64,000 bases of DNA from Octopus sinensis. Its lineage: Eukaryota. The stretch spans positions 208,878,001 through 208,942,000 of the forward strand of contig NC_042997.1 of NCBI RefSeq assembly GCF_006345805.1. The letters are read 5' to 3'. Numbering within the stretch: position 1 is the stretch's first letter; the number at the start of each line of letters is the position of its first letter. A program made the position numbers and the translations under genes. Under the pieces are notes generated by a model. That model was given only the letters and a program-made list of their open reading frames with translations, made no database searches and had not been told where the DNA came from. This document shows, one piece after another, positions 1-12,912 of this stretch.

Positions 1-150
<150 letters not shown>

Positions 151-215
151 TTCCCAGCAGAAATTTGTGCTTTAAGGTTTCTTCATTACCATTTCTATAA
201 TGGCCCCTATTTCTA

Positions 216-425
216 CTACAACCCACCACAACAGCCAGTTTTAATTCCAGCAATTACACTCTCAGAGCATTCTTCATCTCTGCTGATTTGGTCTCTGAGG
301 TAACAGAAACTTTCTGGTACCTCCAAGGATCCGCCTGGGCAGTAGAGGAAATCTGCTTCTTGTGTGTTCCTACTGTCTCTTGTTCCCACACATCTGCCGC
401 ACACAAAGAGTATTTTCTCTGTTTA
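216..425 (-). mobile_element. Degenerate RTE-clade LINE ORF2 fragment
   Basis: Translation FVCGRCVG...LYCPGGSLEVPESFCYLRDQIS...CSESVIAGIKTG resembles the RTE RT segment 'EVVDxFCYLGDxIS...RIRxGW'. Confidence 0.6.
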
Positions 426-543
426 CCTTTCTGTAATTCCGCTGCCCTTCTTATGCAGCAGGTTGCAAAAGTAGATATATAGCTACAAAAAAATGTCCAT
501 ACATACATACATATACATACATACATATATATATGTATGTATG

Positions 544-577
<34 letters not shown>

Positions 578-635
578 CGAAAAAAGAAAACACATACAAT
601 TCTCATTTATTTTTATGAAAAAAATTATTATAGGT

Positions 636-1047
636 GCAGGAGTGGCTGTATGGTAAGTAGCTTGCTTACCAACCACATGGTTCCGGGTTTAGTCCCACTG
701 CGTGGCATCTTGGGCAAGTGTCTTCTGCTATAGCCTCGAGCCTACCAAAGACTTGTGAGTGGATTTGGTAGACGGAAACTGAAAGAAGCCCGTCATATAT
801 ATATATATATGTGAGTGTGTACATATATATGTGTGTGTACATGTTTGTGTGTCTGTGTTTGTCCCCCCCAATACCATTTGCCAACCGATGCTGGTGTGTT
901 TACGTCCCCTGTAACTTAGCGGTTCGGCAAAAGAGACCAATAGAGTAAGTACTAGGCTTACAAAGAATAAGTCCTGGGGTCAATTTGCTCGACTAAAAAG
1001 GTGGTGCTCCAGCATGGCTGCAGTCAAAATGACTGAAACAAGTAAAA
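636..1047 (+). mobile_element. tRNA-derived SINE family 1 (head ggagtggctgtgtggtaag...ccgggttcagtccc; internal TA/TG microsatellite; tail ...gactgaaacaagtaaaaga)
   Basis: A/B-box-like head; the same sequence recurs many times in the window (e.g. 27090-27565 +, 49500-49950 +, 51895-52255 +, 54065-54215 +, 57210-57580 +, 58575-58985 -, 60460-60840 -). Confidence 0.85.
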
Positions 1048-1593
1048 GAAAGAATAAATTCATAATTATGATAAATCTATTATTATGATTAATGACACTA
1101 ATGAGGCTAATTAATTTAATGTGTTAATCATTTTAATGAATTAAATATCATAACATTGATGTGATACTGACAGTATACCTACTTTTGCACACACACACAC
1201 ACACACACCCTGTATATCCCTAGATTGCACTGGGTACACCTCACAGAATTTCTGCCTACACCTTCCCTACATATCAAGCAGGGTCATTTCCCAGAGTGCA
1301 TTAATAAATTGTCTCATTTCCTCCTAATTAGTACTTTGCTTTTTGCTAAATTAACTGTAAGGCCCTTTGATTCCAGGACTTGCTTTTTGCCCCTGAAATT
1401 TCTTTTCTAACTGTAGTAGGGATTCAGCTATAGAAACAATGACATCAGCACTGAGTGCCTCCTGTGGGCAGCCAGTTTTAAATTCCTCACACAAGAGGGG
1501 GAAGGGGAAGAAGTAAATATTTGGGAATTCCTACCTGCACCCTAAACTTGTTGCTGTATACATTGCTGACTTTCACCTTACTAACAGCACCCC

Positions 1594-1778
1594 TGGACAT
1601 TACTGGACATTACCCATAACTTCCCCAGACATTACTCATAATGTACCTGGACATTACCCATAACGTTCCCGGACATTACCCATAATGTCCCCGGACATTA
1701 CCCTTAACTTCCCCAGACATTACTCATAATGTACCCGGATATTACCCATAACATCCCTGGACATTACCCGTAACTTCT
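1594..1778. repeat. Minisatellite, ~21-22 bp unit (ggacattacccataa...)
   Basis: About 8 tandem diverged copies of ggacattacccataa(c/t)ntccc. Confidence 0.85.
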
Positions 1779-2129
1779 GCAGTGACCGACCACCAGATGA
1801 GAGAGTAAGGGACCCTGTCAAAGGCTTTCTCCATATCAAGAGATCCCAAATGCAGCAGTTTATTTTTAACCAAATGCTCCTCCTGGGGTTACCATTTCCA
1901 GTAATGCCTTTGTCAATAGTGCTTTTCCCTGGCACAAAAACAAACTGCATCTCATCTATATGCACACATGCATATGCATTTATACATATACTAGCATTAT
2001 GCTAGTGCATGCATATATGTGTATATATATGTGTACATATTACATGTACATCTATATATATACATCTACAGATAAAATACAAAATACAAAGTTATGTCTT
2101 GATATCGCTAGTGATAACAATACTCAAAA

Positions 2130-2460
2130 TATATAACAGACTGGAATTGTAGGCCCGTCTCTTGCAATTTCGATGAATTGTATCTTGTCCTCCCTCTTGT
2201 ATAGAAGTGTGGCTACAATCCAGCCTACCTCTACTTCTGGTGGAACATTTTTAATTTTTATCCAGGACGTCCTACGTCCCAGATATAAAAGTAAAAATAA
2301 AATATTTCCACTTTGCAAGGTTCAAGTCGAGTACTCCCTTGCACGCTCCGTTGACTCGAACTTTGCTTCTATTGTGGCGAATTTACCGCCTCTGGTTAGA
2401 TACTTGATATCTTTCATAGTCGCACCAAGACACTTTTCAATGTGTGCTTTCCTCTAGGTG
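2130..2460 (-). mobile_element. Possible ORF1 remnant of an L1/Tx1-like non-LTR retrotransposon
   Basis: Interrupted reading frame ...GGKFATIEAKFESTERAREYST*TLQSGNILFLLLYLGRRTSWIKIKNVPPEVEVGWIVA has an RRM-like ORF1 appearance; family assignment from memory only. Confidence 0.35.
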
Positions 2461-3383
2461 TTCAAATCTTTTTTTTTACTCTACATTGTATACTTTATAG
2501 ACAATAGTCTTTTCTTTAATTAAATTTTTTATTTCGTTTGGTGGTGTTATCCTAGATTCACCGTCTTTGTCGGTGATCAATCCGAAATAGGTTTGTATTT
2601 CTTCCATTTTAATTTCAATGAGTTTGCACCTGCCGACGGCTGCAGCGAAATTCATTTTGGACTTTCTTCTACCGAAGACATTTTAACAAAAATGCTTCCG
2701 TGTAAATGGTGAAAATATTGTCAATTTCCCCAAACAGGGACACAATTCAATTTTTAAACAATAACCAAAGCTCCTTCTCCCAAAGGGGGAGGGTTACGGT
2801 TTAAAATTATTTAACAAATGCAACACAGCAACACTTCCCTTACGAGGAACCAACAAACGTGATAACAATAGTTAAACAGTAAATAATAATAGCAAAAAAC
2901 CTTACGGTGAATCAAAAAGTAGTACGCAGTTGAAGCTATAGTCCTTTATGGATCAGAAATAAACCAACAGCAGTACTCAGTAGAAGCGGCTGTTCGAGAA
3001 AACAGACATTACATACAGCCAAACTTCATATAGATACTTAATGCTAGCTAATTAGCAGATAATCTGATGTAAAAGCCGTGGTAAACGGTATGTGCACAGC
3101 TCCATCTGGACTATTCCATTTCTGCACTTAAATTTTATTTTTTATTTATTCCCATTCATGTGAAACCACTTATTCAAGTTCAAATCATTGATGCAATTTT
3201 ATACCAATTGCTATTTTTACTTTTGTTATGTTACGATTATATTATACTTTAGTTTGATTTTAATTATTACTTACTACATATAATTCAATTGTTATTATTA
3301 TTTTTATTGTTAAAGTGAAAGTATCTGACATAAAATAGAGAAATGTTTTTGTTTCACTTTTAACACGTAATACGGAAAAAGTG

Positions 3384-3726
3384 GAGAAGATATGATATTG
3401 CTATGGGCTCGCTCTAGGCAAGAAGTTGAACATTTTTTTTGCCCATGAAACTACATGGACCTTAAGTAAGGCATGTGTAAAATTTGAATGGAATTGGTTG
3501 TGTAGTTCTCAAGTTTTAGGGAATCGTAGTAGAGAAGATATGATATTGCTGTGGGCTCGCCCTAGGCAAAAAGTTTTTAAATTTTTTTGCCGATGACACT
3601 CCCCGGACCCTAAGTAAGGCATGTGTTAAATTTGAATGAAATTGGTTGTGTAGTTCTCAAGTTTTAGGGAAACAAACAGACAAACAGACAGACACACATC
3701 CTCAGTTTTATATATATATAGAGATA
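3384..3726 (+). mobile_element. Non-autonomous Helitron/Helentron-like element with internal ~148-bp tandem duplication
   Basis: gagaagatatgatattg recurs at 3384 and 3532; ends in acaaacagacaaacagacagacacaca...ttttatatatatagagat, a terminus typical of HINE/DINE-like elements. Confidence 0.5.
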
Positions 3727-3763
3727 AAACTTTCTGAACTGTTCTTTGTTTATATATTTTCAG

Positions 3764-3935
3764 GAACTGATCGCCACAACATCGTTCAGTCAAAGCAAGC
3801 TGGTGTCAGTTACCCTCTGCCTTATGGCAATACCACTCTTTGGAAGAACAGTCGAATAGTTTGGATATATCATAAAGAAACCAAAATAGGTCCTCAAGAT
3901 CTTGCTCTCAGTCTGGCTTCGTCAGGATATTATAC
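3764..3935 (+). CDS. DD3-3-like protein, penultimate coding exon
   Basis: ttttcag acceptor at 3763, AC|gtaagt donor at 3935; encodes GTDRHNIVQ...LALSLASSGYY; phase 2 end fits the next exon. Confidence 0.8.
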
Positions 3936-3999
3936 GTAAGTCATTTAACACACCTTCAAGCTGTTTATTTACAAATATATTTATTTCGTTGATCTTCAT

Positions 4000-4520
4000 C
4001 ATCACCGTTTAACGTCCGCTTTCCATGCTGGCATGGGTTGGACGTATGACTGAAGGCTGGCGAACCAGATGGCTGCACCAGGCTCCAATCTTGATCTAGC
4101 AGAGTTTCTACAGCTGGATGCCCTTCCTAATGCCAACCACTTCAAGAGTGCAGTGGGTGCTTTTACGTGCCACCAGCATGGGGCCAGTCAGGTGGCACTG
4201 GCAACGACCTTGCTCGAATCTTTTACACATGCTACTGGCATGGGTGCCAGTAAGGTGATGCCGGTAACGATCACACTCGAGTGGTGTCTTTTATGTACCA
4301 CTGACACAGAGGCCAGTTATCCGCTCTGGCAACGATCAAGCTCGGATGGTGCTCTTATTACCCTACTAGCACAGGGCTCGAGTGCCAGTCGTGCGACGCT
4401 GGTAACGACCACGCTCGAATGGTGCCTTTTAAGTGCCACTGGCACAGAAGCTGGTTAGCTGCTCTGTCAACGATCACACTCGTATGGTGCTCTTTGCACC
4501 TCGCTAGCACAGACGCCAGT
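4000..4520 (-). mobile_element. RTE LINE 3'-UTR-derived repeat with (GAT)n tail and internal ~60-bp tandem units
   Basis: Shares catgctagcatgg...ggacgttaaacgatgatg terminus with the RTE ORF-bearing copy at 48530-49230; further copies at about 8690-8905, 9060-9500, 10940-11320, 27605-27755, 29090-29340, 42760-42920, 59060-59365. Confidence 0.7.
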
Positions 4521-4604
4521 CATCGAATTTGATTTTGATATATAATTTTCCTTCCATGTCCACATAAAATGTTAGTAGTGTATCATTGAGTTAGAAAATG
4601 CCAC

Positions 4605-4790
4605 ATGTTATATGAGTCAAATAAGCAAATACAATCATTCATCAACAGATGCTTGCGTAGGATACTTAAAATTAGATGGCCCCAACACATAAGCAATATG
4701 GAGCTATGGCAAAGAAGAAATCAAGTTTCGATTAGGGAGCAAATATTTAAGAAAAAGTGGAAGTGGATTGGTAGCACAATTAGAAAAGAC
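4605..4790 (+). mobile_element. RTE-type LINE RT C-terminal fragment
   Basis: IQSFINRCLRRILKIRWPQHISNMELWQR...KKKWKWIG is the typical RTE post-RT motif. Confidence 0.75.
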
Positions 4791-4909
4791 ACACCAAGGT
4801 GCCACGCAGTGGGACTAAACCCAGAACCATGTGGTTCGTAAGCAAGCTACTTACCACACAGCCACTCCTGTGCCTATTTCACATTTATATTTTTTTTTGT
4901 CTCTTTCAG

Positions 4910-5114
4910 GTGTGTGAACTCAGCGAAATGCCCTGCTGCCCTTGCAAAAGACAGTTTGAACAAGAAAGCCAAAATGAACAACGTTTTAAACAATGCCCCT
5001 GCTTCATACAAAGGTGTTTTACTTAGTATAAAGAAGGGCAATTATTATTACTTGTGTAGTCGAAACAACAACTTCACAAACAGGAGCCAAAAGGGTGTCA
5101 TCCATGTGAAATAA
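4910..5114 (+). CDS. DD3-3-like protein, terminal coding exon
   Basis: ctctttcag acceptor at 4909; spliced frame YY-T-CVNSAKC...LNNAPASYKGVLLSIKKGNYYYLCSRNNNFTNRSQKGVIHVK* matches my recollection of the DD3-3 family C-terminus. Confidence 0.75.
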
Positions 5115-5221
5115 CTGAACGTTTCTCCTCAGTTTACTGCTTGGCAACAAGGGATGATGTTACCTTCAACAATTTAAGAGTTCTTACTAATATTTGTTTG
5201 TTTTGACTTTAACTTTGAAAT

Positions 5222-5276
<55 letters not shown>

Positions 5277-6716
5277 ACACACACACTCACACACACACAC
5301 ACACAGCTAGATCGATAGATGATTTTCTTTTCACTATGTTCTTTACAACTAAAATGCTTTTAACTAAATCAGCCCTTTTTTTTATATATGTATTTTCTTG
5401 ATATTTCAATCATGATGACTACACACACACACACACACACACACACGTGTGTGCGCATGCACATGCATACATATATACATATATACTTACAAATGTATGT
5501 ATATCTGTATGTATGTATGTATTGATGTCAGTTATCTTTACAACAGAAGGTAGAAAAATAGTCGACACATCAGACAGAATTTCTATATTTTATTCGAGGA
5601 TAAAGTTTCTTGAATCATTCCTCAAAGTTTCTTGTTGGTGATTGTACAAATGAATCTTTTGAATAATTTGCAATATAAACCTCAAAATAATGATCCGAGA
5701 AGCTTAAGATACACAGACACACCCACACACATACTCACACACACACACATACATGCACATGCACACACACGATCATTTCTAAGACACTGACATAGGCTAT
5801 TATTGCTATGACTTCTGGAAATAACATTGCTATTAATATGGGACACGGGTGGGGTGCTGGATGCACTTTTGCTCGGGGACAAGATGCCGAAAATTAAAAT
5901 ATATGATAATCATTTTATTCCTACAATATGACCATTTGACACACTGAATTACTCATTAAACTATGTAGGTAGGAATGAGTTTATTATTATCATTATTATT
6001 ATTATTATTATTGTGTCCGTTCGGGTTTTTGGCTTTGACTTCTGGTCCTTCAGCAAGTGTGTATTCAACATCGTGTCCATGCATGATTGATACACTTCCT
6101 CTAACTGTAAAATTCGATATCATTGCTATCATACCGTTAACAGTATTTAACTTCATATGTGTTACTACAACAGTTCACATTTTCTTTCTTTTGTCGCTTA
6201 CAGTTTAGGATTATATTAGTCATACCTATAAGACACCAAACATTTATATGCCTGTTTATTACCTTTTGATCATAACCACAGGCTAACTTAGTATATATAT
6301 ATATATATATATAGTTTCACCAGAAGATTGCATGAAGACAACAGACATGTTATAAAATGTTGTCTGCGTTGTTTTCATTGAATGAAACTATTGGTAGCTC
6401 AAGAAAATATATTCTGTGTTCATTAAATGATAGCTGTCTGTTAGCTTCACAGTATAGTTTACTATAAATATGTATATATATATATATATGTATGTGTATA
6501 TATATATTATATTAAATTATATATAAATAGAAGAGTGTATTTTTACCTTGTTAACAATTAACACGGAAAAAATAAATAAATAGTTACCAGGGTAGCAAAA
6601 ATCTCACAAGTAAAGATGTAACTCCTTGTTTATAAAGGTAGAAACTTCGTGTTTATGTTGAATATTTTGAATAATATTTTGCTAAAATGTGTTATTGACG
6701 AGTTTCGTTTTTTTCA

Positions 6717-6800
6717 ATTTCCTGAAGAGAAGATTGCATTGTTTATACCATTTATTCTTTTGAATAGTATCAGTGGAATTTTCGAAACATGTGTCGAAGT
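6717..6800 (+). ncRNA. Minimal type I hammerhead ribozyme motif (canonical C3:G8 core)
   Basis: atttc-CTGAAGA-gaagatt...aattttc-GAAA-C-atgt-GTC|gaagt; helix I 5 bp, helix II 7+ bp, predicted cleavage after 6795. Confidence 0.7.
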
Positions 6801-6842
6801 AAAAATATTTGATTTACACCTGCGTTAAACTCCATTTATTTA

Positions 6843-6885
<43 letters not shown>

Positions 6886-7196
6886 AGATATATTATATAT
6901 ATCTATATACTATATCATCATCCATCATCATCATCATCGGACGTTAAACGATGATGATGATATATATATATATATGTTTACACATATATATGAGTTTAAT
7001 TTGTGTGAGACATGGAGACTTCATACTCAGAAGACTGTAACTTCACACAATCTATTTTTGAGTGAAATATTGGTTCTAACATCTTTGGTGACCTAAAGGG
7101 CTGCTTAAACGAATCTGCATTTCATGTGTATGATCACAGTTTATAGCACACACACAACACACACACACACATATACATACATATAGATAGATAGAA

Positions 7197-7233
<37 letters not shown>

Positions 7234-7364
7234 TAGATAGATAGAAATAGATAGAAATAGATAGAAATAGATAGATAGACAGACAGACAGACAGAAAGAC
7301 ACACAGACACAGATATATACATACATATTCATACCTACATATATACATACACACACACACACAC

Positions 7365-7406
<42 letters not shown>

Positions 7407-7638
7407 GTCTGATTCTATACACTTCCAACAAAAGACAGTATTGAATAATGTTTGTGTCCCTCAAAATTTACAGCAATTGCATTGAATACTTTTGATTGTA
7501 TCTTGTTCTTTGTTCATAATTAAAATAACAATTGCCTTCCTGGCATGAATCTTAACAGTATTGAGTTGTCATTTTCTTTCACTACAATAGTTTACACACA
7601 CACATATAATACATATACATACATACATATATACATAT

Positions 7639-7675
<37 letters not shown>

Positions 7676-7786
7676 CATATATATATACACACATATATAT
7701 ATACATAACATATATAGACATACACACACACACACATGCACACACACACACATATATATATATGTGTGTATATATATATATATATT

Positions 7787-7862
<76 letters not shown>

Positions 7863-8594
7863 CATATATATATACATATATATATATATATACATATATA
7901 TCATCATCATCATCGTTTAGCGTCCGTTTTCCTGCTAGAATGGGTTGGACGGTTCTACTGGGGTCTGTGAAGCCAGAAGGCTTCATCAGGCCCAGTGCGT
8001 GCTGTGTTCTTGAGCAAGACACTTTATTTCACGTTGCTCCAGTTCACTCAGCTGTAGAAATGAGTTGCGACGTCACAGGTGCCAAGCTGTATCGACCTTT
8101 GTCTTTCCCTTGGATAACACTGGTGGCGTGGAGAGGGGAGGCCGGTATGCATGGGTGACTGCTGGTCTTCCATAAAAACAACCTTGCCCAGACTTGTGCC
8201 TCAGAGGGTAACTCTCTAGGTGCAAACCCATGGTCACTCATGACCGAAGGGGGTCTTTACCTTATTTGTATATGTAACATAATAGTTTAGAAAGAAGCCA
8301 TTGGCTTCATATCTAGCATGAACTCTCTTCAGTTTCTCTAAATGATTACCATTCCCTGCAAAGAAAGTCTTTTTTTAAGCATAAGAATGCTGCTGATAGT
8401 TCAAGAAATATTCCTCTTAAAAAATTATGCAGAGAACGTTTATCATTTAGAGAAACTGAAGAAATGTCCAGTTCACACTTGATATGAAACATTACCCATA
8501 CAAAAATAATAACTGCTCCATATTTTATATGGTACACTCTCCTGATTTATGATATTGTAACAAAGATATATATATATATATATGTGTATGTATG

Positions 8595-8625
<31 letters not shown>

Positions 8626-8652
8626 ATATGTATGTATGTATATATGTATGTA

Positions 8653-8689
<37 letters not shown>

Positions 8690-9008
8690 CCAGCTCTGTC
8701 TGGCACCTGTGTGGGTGGCACATAAAAAGCACCCACTACACTCTCGGAGTGGTTGGCGTTAGGAAGGGCATCCAGCCGTAGAAACACTGCCAAATTTGAC
8801 TGGGCCTGATGAAGCCTTCTGGCTTCACAGACCCCAGTAGAACCGTCCAACCCACGCTAGCATGGAAAACGGATGCTAAACGATGATGATGATGATGATG
8901 ATGATGATATATATGTATATATATATAGATATATATGTAATATATATATATATATATGATATATATATTATATATATATGTATAATATATATATAATAAT
9001 ATATAATA

Positions 9009-9059
<51 letters not shown>

Positions 9060-9647
9060 TCATCATCATTGTTTAATGTCCGTTTTCCGTGCTAGCACAG
9101 GTTGGACGGTTCGAACGGGGTCTGGAAAGCCAGGAGGCTGCACCAGGCTCTAAACTGATCTGGCAGTGTTTCTACAGCTGGATGCCCTTCCTAACGCCAA
9201 CCACTCCGTGAGTGTAGTGGCTGCTTTTTACGTGCCACCAGCACAGGTGCCATGGAAGGCTGGCAACGGCCACGGTCGGTTGGTGCTTTTTACATGCCAC
9301 CAGTACGAAAGCCAGTCAAGGCGGCACTGGCATCGGCCACATACAGATATTGCATTTTATGTGCCACTGGCACGGGTATCACAACTACAATTTCCATTTG
9401 ATTTCTTGATGTTGATGTTGATGTACTTGACTCAATAGGTCTCCTCAAGCACAGCAGCAGCAGGTTGCCCTACGATCCAAGGTAAGTACAGCAGGCTGTC
9501 CTGTGATCCAAGGCACTTTGGAAGGGCTATATATTCTTGCAATTAAAAACATTTATGTACTTTACCAACAGTATATTGGATAAATACTATCCCTTAGTGA
9601 GTTGCACCCAGAACCCCTAACTTACTTTGTGGTATATATATATATAA

Positions 9648-10337
9648 TAATAATGAAATTATTGTATACAGTGCTCAGGTGCACCACAACTTGTCAAAAG
9701 TGCATATGAAGCATCTGCAGTAATGTACAAATGTCTGGGAAGTGAACAGTGTATGAGTCAGGTACATGCTTGCGTGTGTATGGAGGGGAGAAAATCAGGT
9801 GTAGTGTTGGCAAATCTCAGGAAGCATGGAAGTTTTGAAGGATGCAGTGCTCCAACAACTAACAACTGATGCCGGCAGTTTGTTCCATGCTTCAGCAACT
9901 CTTAGTGTGAAAAAATGTTTCCTAAAGTCATGGGAGCTGCGCTGTTTTCTGACTTTGTAAATATGTCCACGGGTGTTAGACAGGTGGAGTTTGAAAAGGT
10001 GCGCAGAGTTATTGTTTGTAAGATGGTTAATAATTTTATGGGTGTCTGCCAAGTCAGCTGCCAGACGTCGGAGTTTCAATGTATCCATGCCCAGGGAAGT
10101 AAGGCATTCAGAATATGGCAAATGCCTGATGGAGGGTATTCTTTTGGTTGCACGTCACTGAACAGCTTCCAGACGATTGATATCCTGGGCAAGATAGGGG
10201 TTCCAGACCGGTGATGAAAATTCCAGGTGAGGTCTTACCATAGCTATATAAAGCCACAGATAGTTGGAGAGCGGCTCACCAAGGACTTGGTGAGTGATGC
10301 CAAGACACCCTCAGCCTTCTTGGCAATTTTAGCGATG
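9648..10337 (-). mobile_element. CR1/L2-like LINE 3' fragment
   Basis: ORF end ...LRRLAADL...NTRGHIYK...FRKHFFTLRVAEAWNKLP; tail tgagcactgtatacaataatttcattatt; same family as 27765-28430. Confidence 0.85.
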
Positions 10338-10569
10338 TGTTTTGATATATATATACATATTTGAGTATATAAGAGTAAACAAGAGAGACAGAGACAAGCA
10401 GAAACAAGGCAAACGCCCCTTCCATTTGAATACTAGGCAAATATTCTTTTGAAAAACTTTTCTTTTAATTTTTCTAAAATTTTATTGTTTCCCATATTTA
10501 CAGTTGAAAAAGTCTCAATGACTGAAATGTCTTTTATAAAATTATTTTAGCACTTTCTTCCTTGACTTT

Positions 10570-10901
10570 ACGGAGATGTACTCGCATAGCAAGTAATTTG
10601 ATCTGAGATCGTGTGCTGAAACGAAAACAATTGCAGCGTGGAAGGTGTTTATAAGCCATTTAAGAAACACACAAAAGCCGTTCGATTCACTTCAACATTT
10701 AAGTTTAATTTGTCAAAATATTTTCGTCGCTAAAATCCGCGACCTGTTCACTGAGATGCAGCACGGACTTTGTCAGTGAACAGGTCTCGGATTTTAGCGA
10801 CGAAAATATTTTGACAAATTAAACTTAAATGTTGAAGTGAATCGAACGGCTTTTGTGTGTCTCTTAAATGGCTTATAAACACCTTCCACGCTGCAATTGT
10901 A
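10570..10901. mobile_element. Fold-back (head-to-head) insertion, Penelope pLTR-like, with 10-bp target-site duplication
   Basis: 128-bp arms 10627-10754 / 10773-10900, 18-nt spacer; ccttgacttt at 10560-10569 and 10902-10911. Confidence 0.8.
10769..10818 (+). ncRNA. Hammerhead-like motif with G3:C8 core variant
   Basis: tttgtca-GTGAACA-g-gtc(t/g)c...gcgac-GAA-AATATT-T|tgacaaa; 7-bp helix I; the mirror arm (10709-10754, -) has a perfect gtcgc/gcgac helix II. Confidence 0.6.
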
Positions 10902-11797
10902 CCTTGACTTTTTTTCCATATATATATATATATATATCATCATTATCATCATCATCATCGTTTAGCGTCCGTTTTCCATGCTAGCATGGGTTGGACGGTT
11001 CAACTGGGGTCTGGGAAGCCAGAAGGCTGCACCAGGCTCAGTTTGATCTGGCAATGTTTCTATGGCTGGATGCCCTTCCTAATGCCAACCACTCCGTGAG
11101 TGCAGTGGGTGCTTTTTATGTGCCACCGGCACGGAGACCAGGAAAGGCTGGCAACGGCCACGATCGGATGGTGCTTTTTATGTGCCACTGGCACGGGGGC
11201 CAGGCAAGGCTGGCAACGGCCACAAACGGATGGTGCTTTTTACATGCCACCGGCATGGAAGCAAGCCTAGGCGGCGCTGGCATTGGCCACGTTCAGATGG
11301 TGCTTTTACATGCCAACGTCTCAGTTTATTATTAATCACGACAATTGTTTCGACACATCCAGCATCGATTCCTCTTGGGTGGGACACTCAGCAACTGGTT
11401 CAGGAGTATCCGGTGGTGCTGATACATCTCATTGGGTGGTAAATAAATAAAAACTTCCACTCACAAAGCTTCGATCAGTTTGACATTCAAGAGCGAACTA
11501 TTGGACCACAGAGTCACACTTTCAAAAAAGAAAAAACATATACAGCAAAAGTAAATAAAACAACTCTAAATAAAAACCACAAGCAACATGAATATAAAAT
11601 AATTTTAATTCTTTAATTTTCTAGGTTTTTCTTTAAATTATGAGAAAATGTTACTGAAATAAATAACCAGAACATTTTATTAACAGATGAAACAGGATGA
11701 AAACAGACCTCATAAATACTTTTAACATAGAATTTAGTACAAACACCAACAATTATTTACATATGAGTATAGACCTATGTGTACATACATACATATT

Positions 11798-11831
<34 letters not shown>

Positions 11832-12519
11832 CATACATATATATATGCATTTATATGTATGTATATATAGATACATATATAAACACTTACATATATACAC
11901 CTTTGTGTTATCGATATATCACATGCATGTGACGTCAACACATTAAACGTCAATAAATACATTGCTCTTTCTCCCTCTCTCTCTCTCTCTCTCTTTCATT
12001 CTCACTTTCTCTTTCTCTGTCTTTTCTCTCTTTTGCTCTGTAAACCCTCTGCAAGAACCAAGCAACAATATTGCAGAAAGCCAACCGAAAAGGAATAACA
12101 AATGAAAACAAAACCAACAGGCGAGTATGATTTCGACAGAGGCATGGAAGGGTCATTATTTACAAGGGCAGGTAACTGAGAAGTTGTTATGTTAAGGTTT
12201 TTTTCCCCCACAAGTATTGAGGACATACGAAGCAGCATATTGCTACTACCACCTCCATATACATGTTAATGTTATATATAATATCACAGCTACGTAATAT
12301 CATAATAGATAACTTAACATATATATATATATATGTATATGAATTTTAAATATTCTAACAGCCAGCTTGCCCGACTTCAGTTCAATTTTTTCTGTAGCGA
12401 GTAGATTATATGTGGAAATTGACGATTTAATAGTCTGTTATCAGCATATTGGCTTTGAAATAATTTTCTTTAGCCATTTCTTATAAGTTGTATATATATA
12501 TATATATGTATATTACAGT

Positions 12520-12912
12520 TCTGTATTTAAGAGACGAGGAATTATGTACATTATTTATATTATTTACATTTGATGGATATTTGTCCTCATCTTTGTTGTT
12601 AACACAATGTCTCGGCTGATATACCCTCCAGCCTTCATCAGGTGTCTTGGGGGAAATTTCAAACCTGGGTTCTCATTCCTAAGATATTTTTCAATGTTGT
12701 TGTTATTATTATTATTATTATTCCTTCGTTCTTCAAATTTTCTTCCATTTCTTGCCAAGTGTTTTTCGTACACCTAGGGCAGAGAAGCTCATTGTATGCA
12801 TTCCCAGATTACACACGCAAATTCACAGGTAAATTATGTATTTAAAAAAATTAATAAATAAATAAATTCATGAATGGATGTTGTTTTCACAGTGATAATG
12901 CTCTTCTCAGTA

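Noticed and set aside
636-720. tRNA-like sequences at SINE heads as tRNA genes
   Set aside because: No complete cloverleaf; each continues into a shared SINE body.
5682-6156. Short minus-strand ORFs (66 aa each) as a third gene
   Set aside because: No convincing splice sites or recognisable motifs; partly microsatellite; probably the 3' flank or UTR of the DD3-3-like gene.
8800-8830. CTGATGA followed by an agcc/ggct hairpin (also 27655 and 7980 on -)
   Set aside because: No GAAA after the stem; other copies of this RTE 3' UTR read ctggtgca, so it is a chance variant.
7076-9029. Long ORFs rich in YI/CV/HT dipeptides (also 16133-16733, 41539-42840, 44563-44941 and others)
   Set aside because: Translations of (TA)n, (TG)n and (TATG)n microsatellites, which lack stops in some frames; no coding signal.
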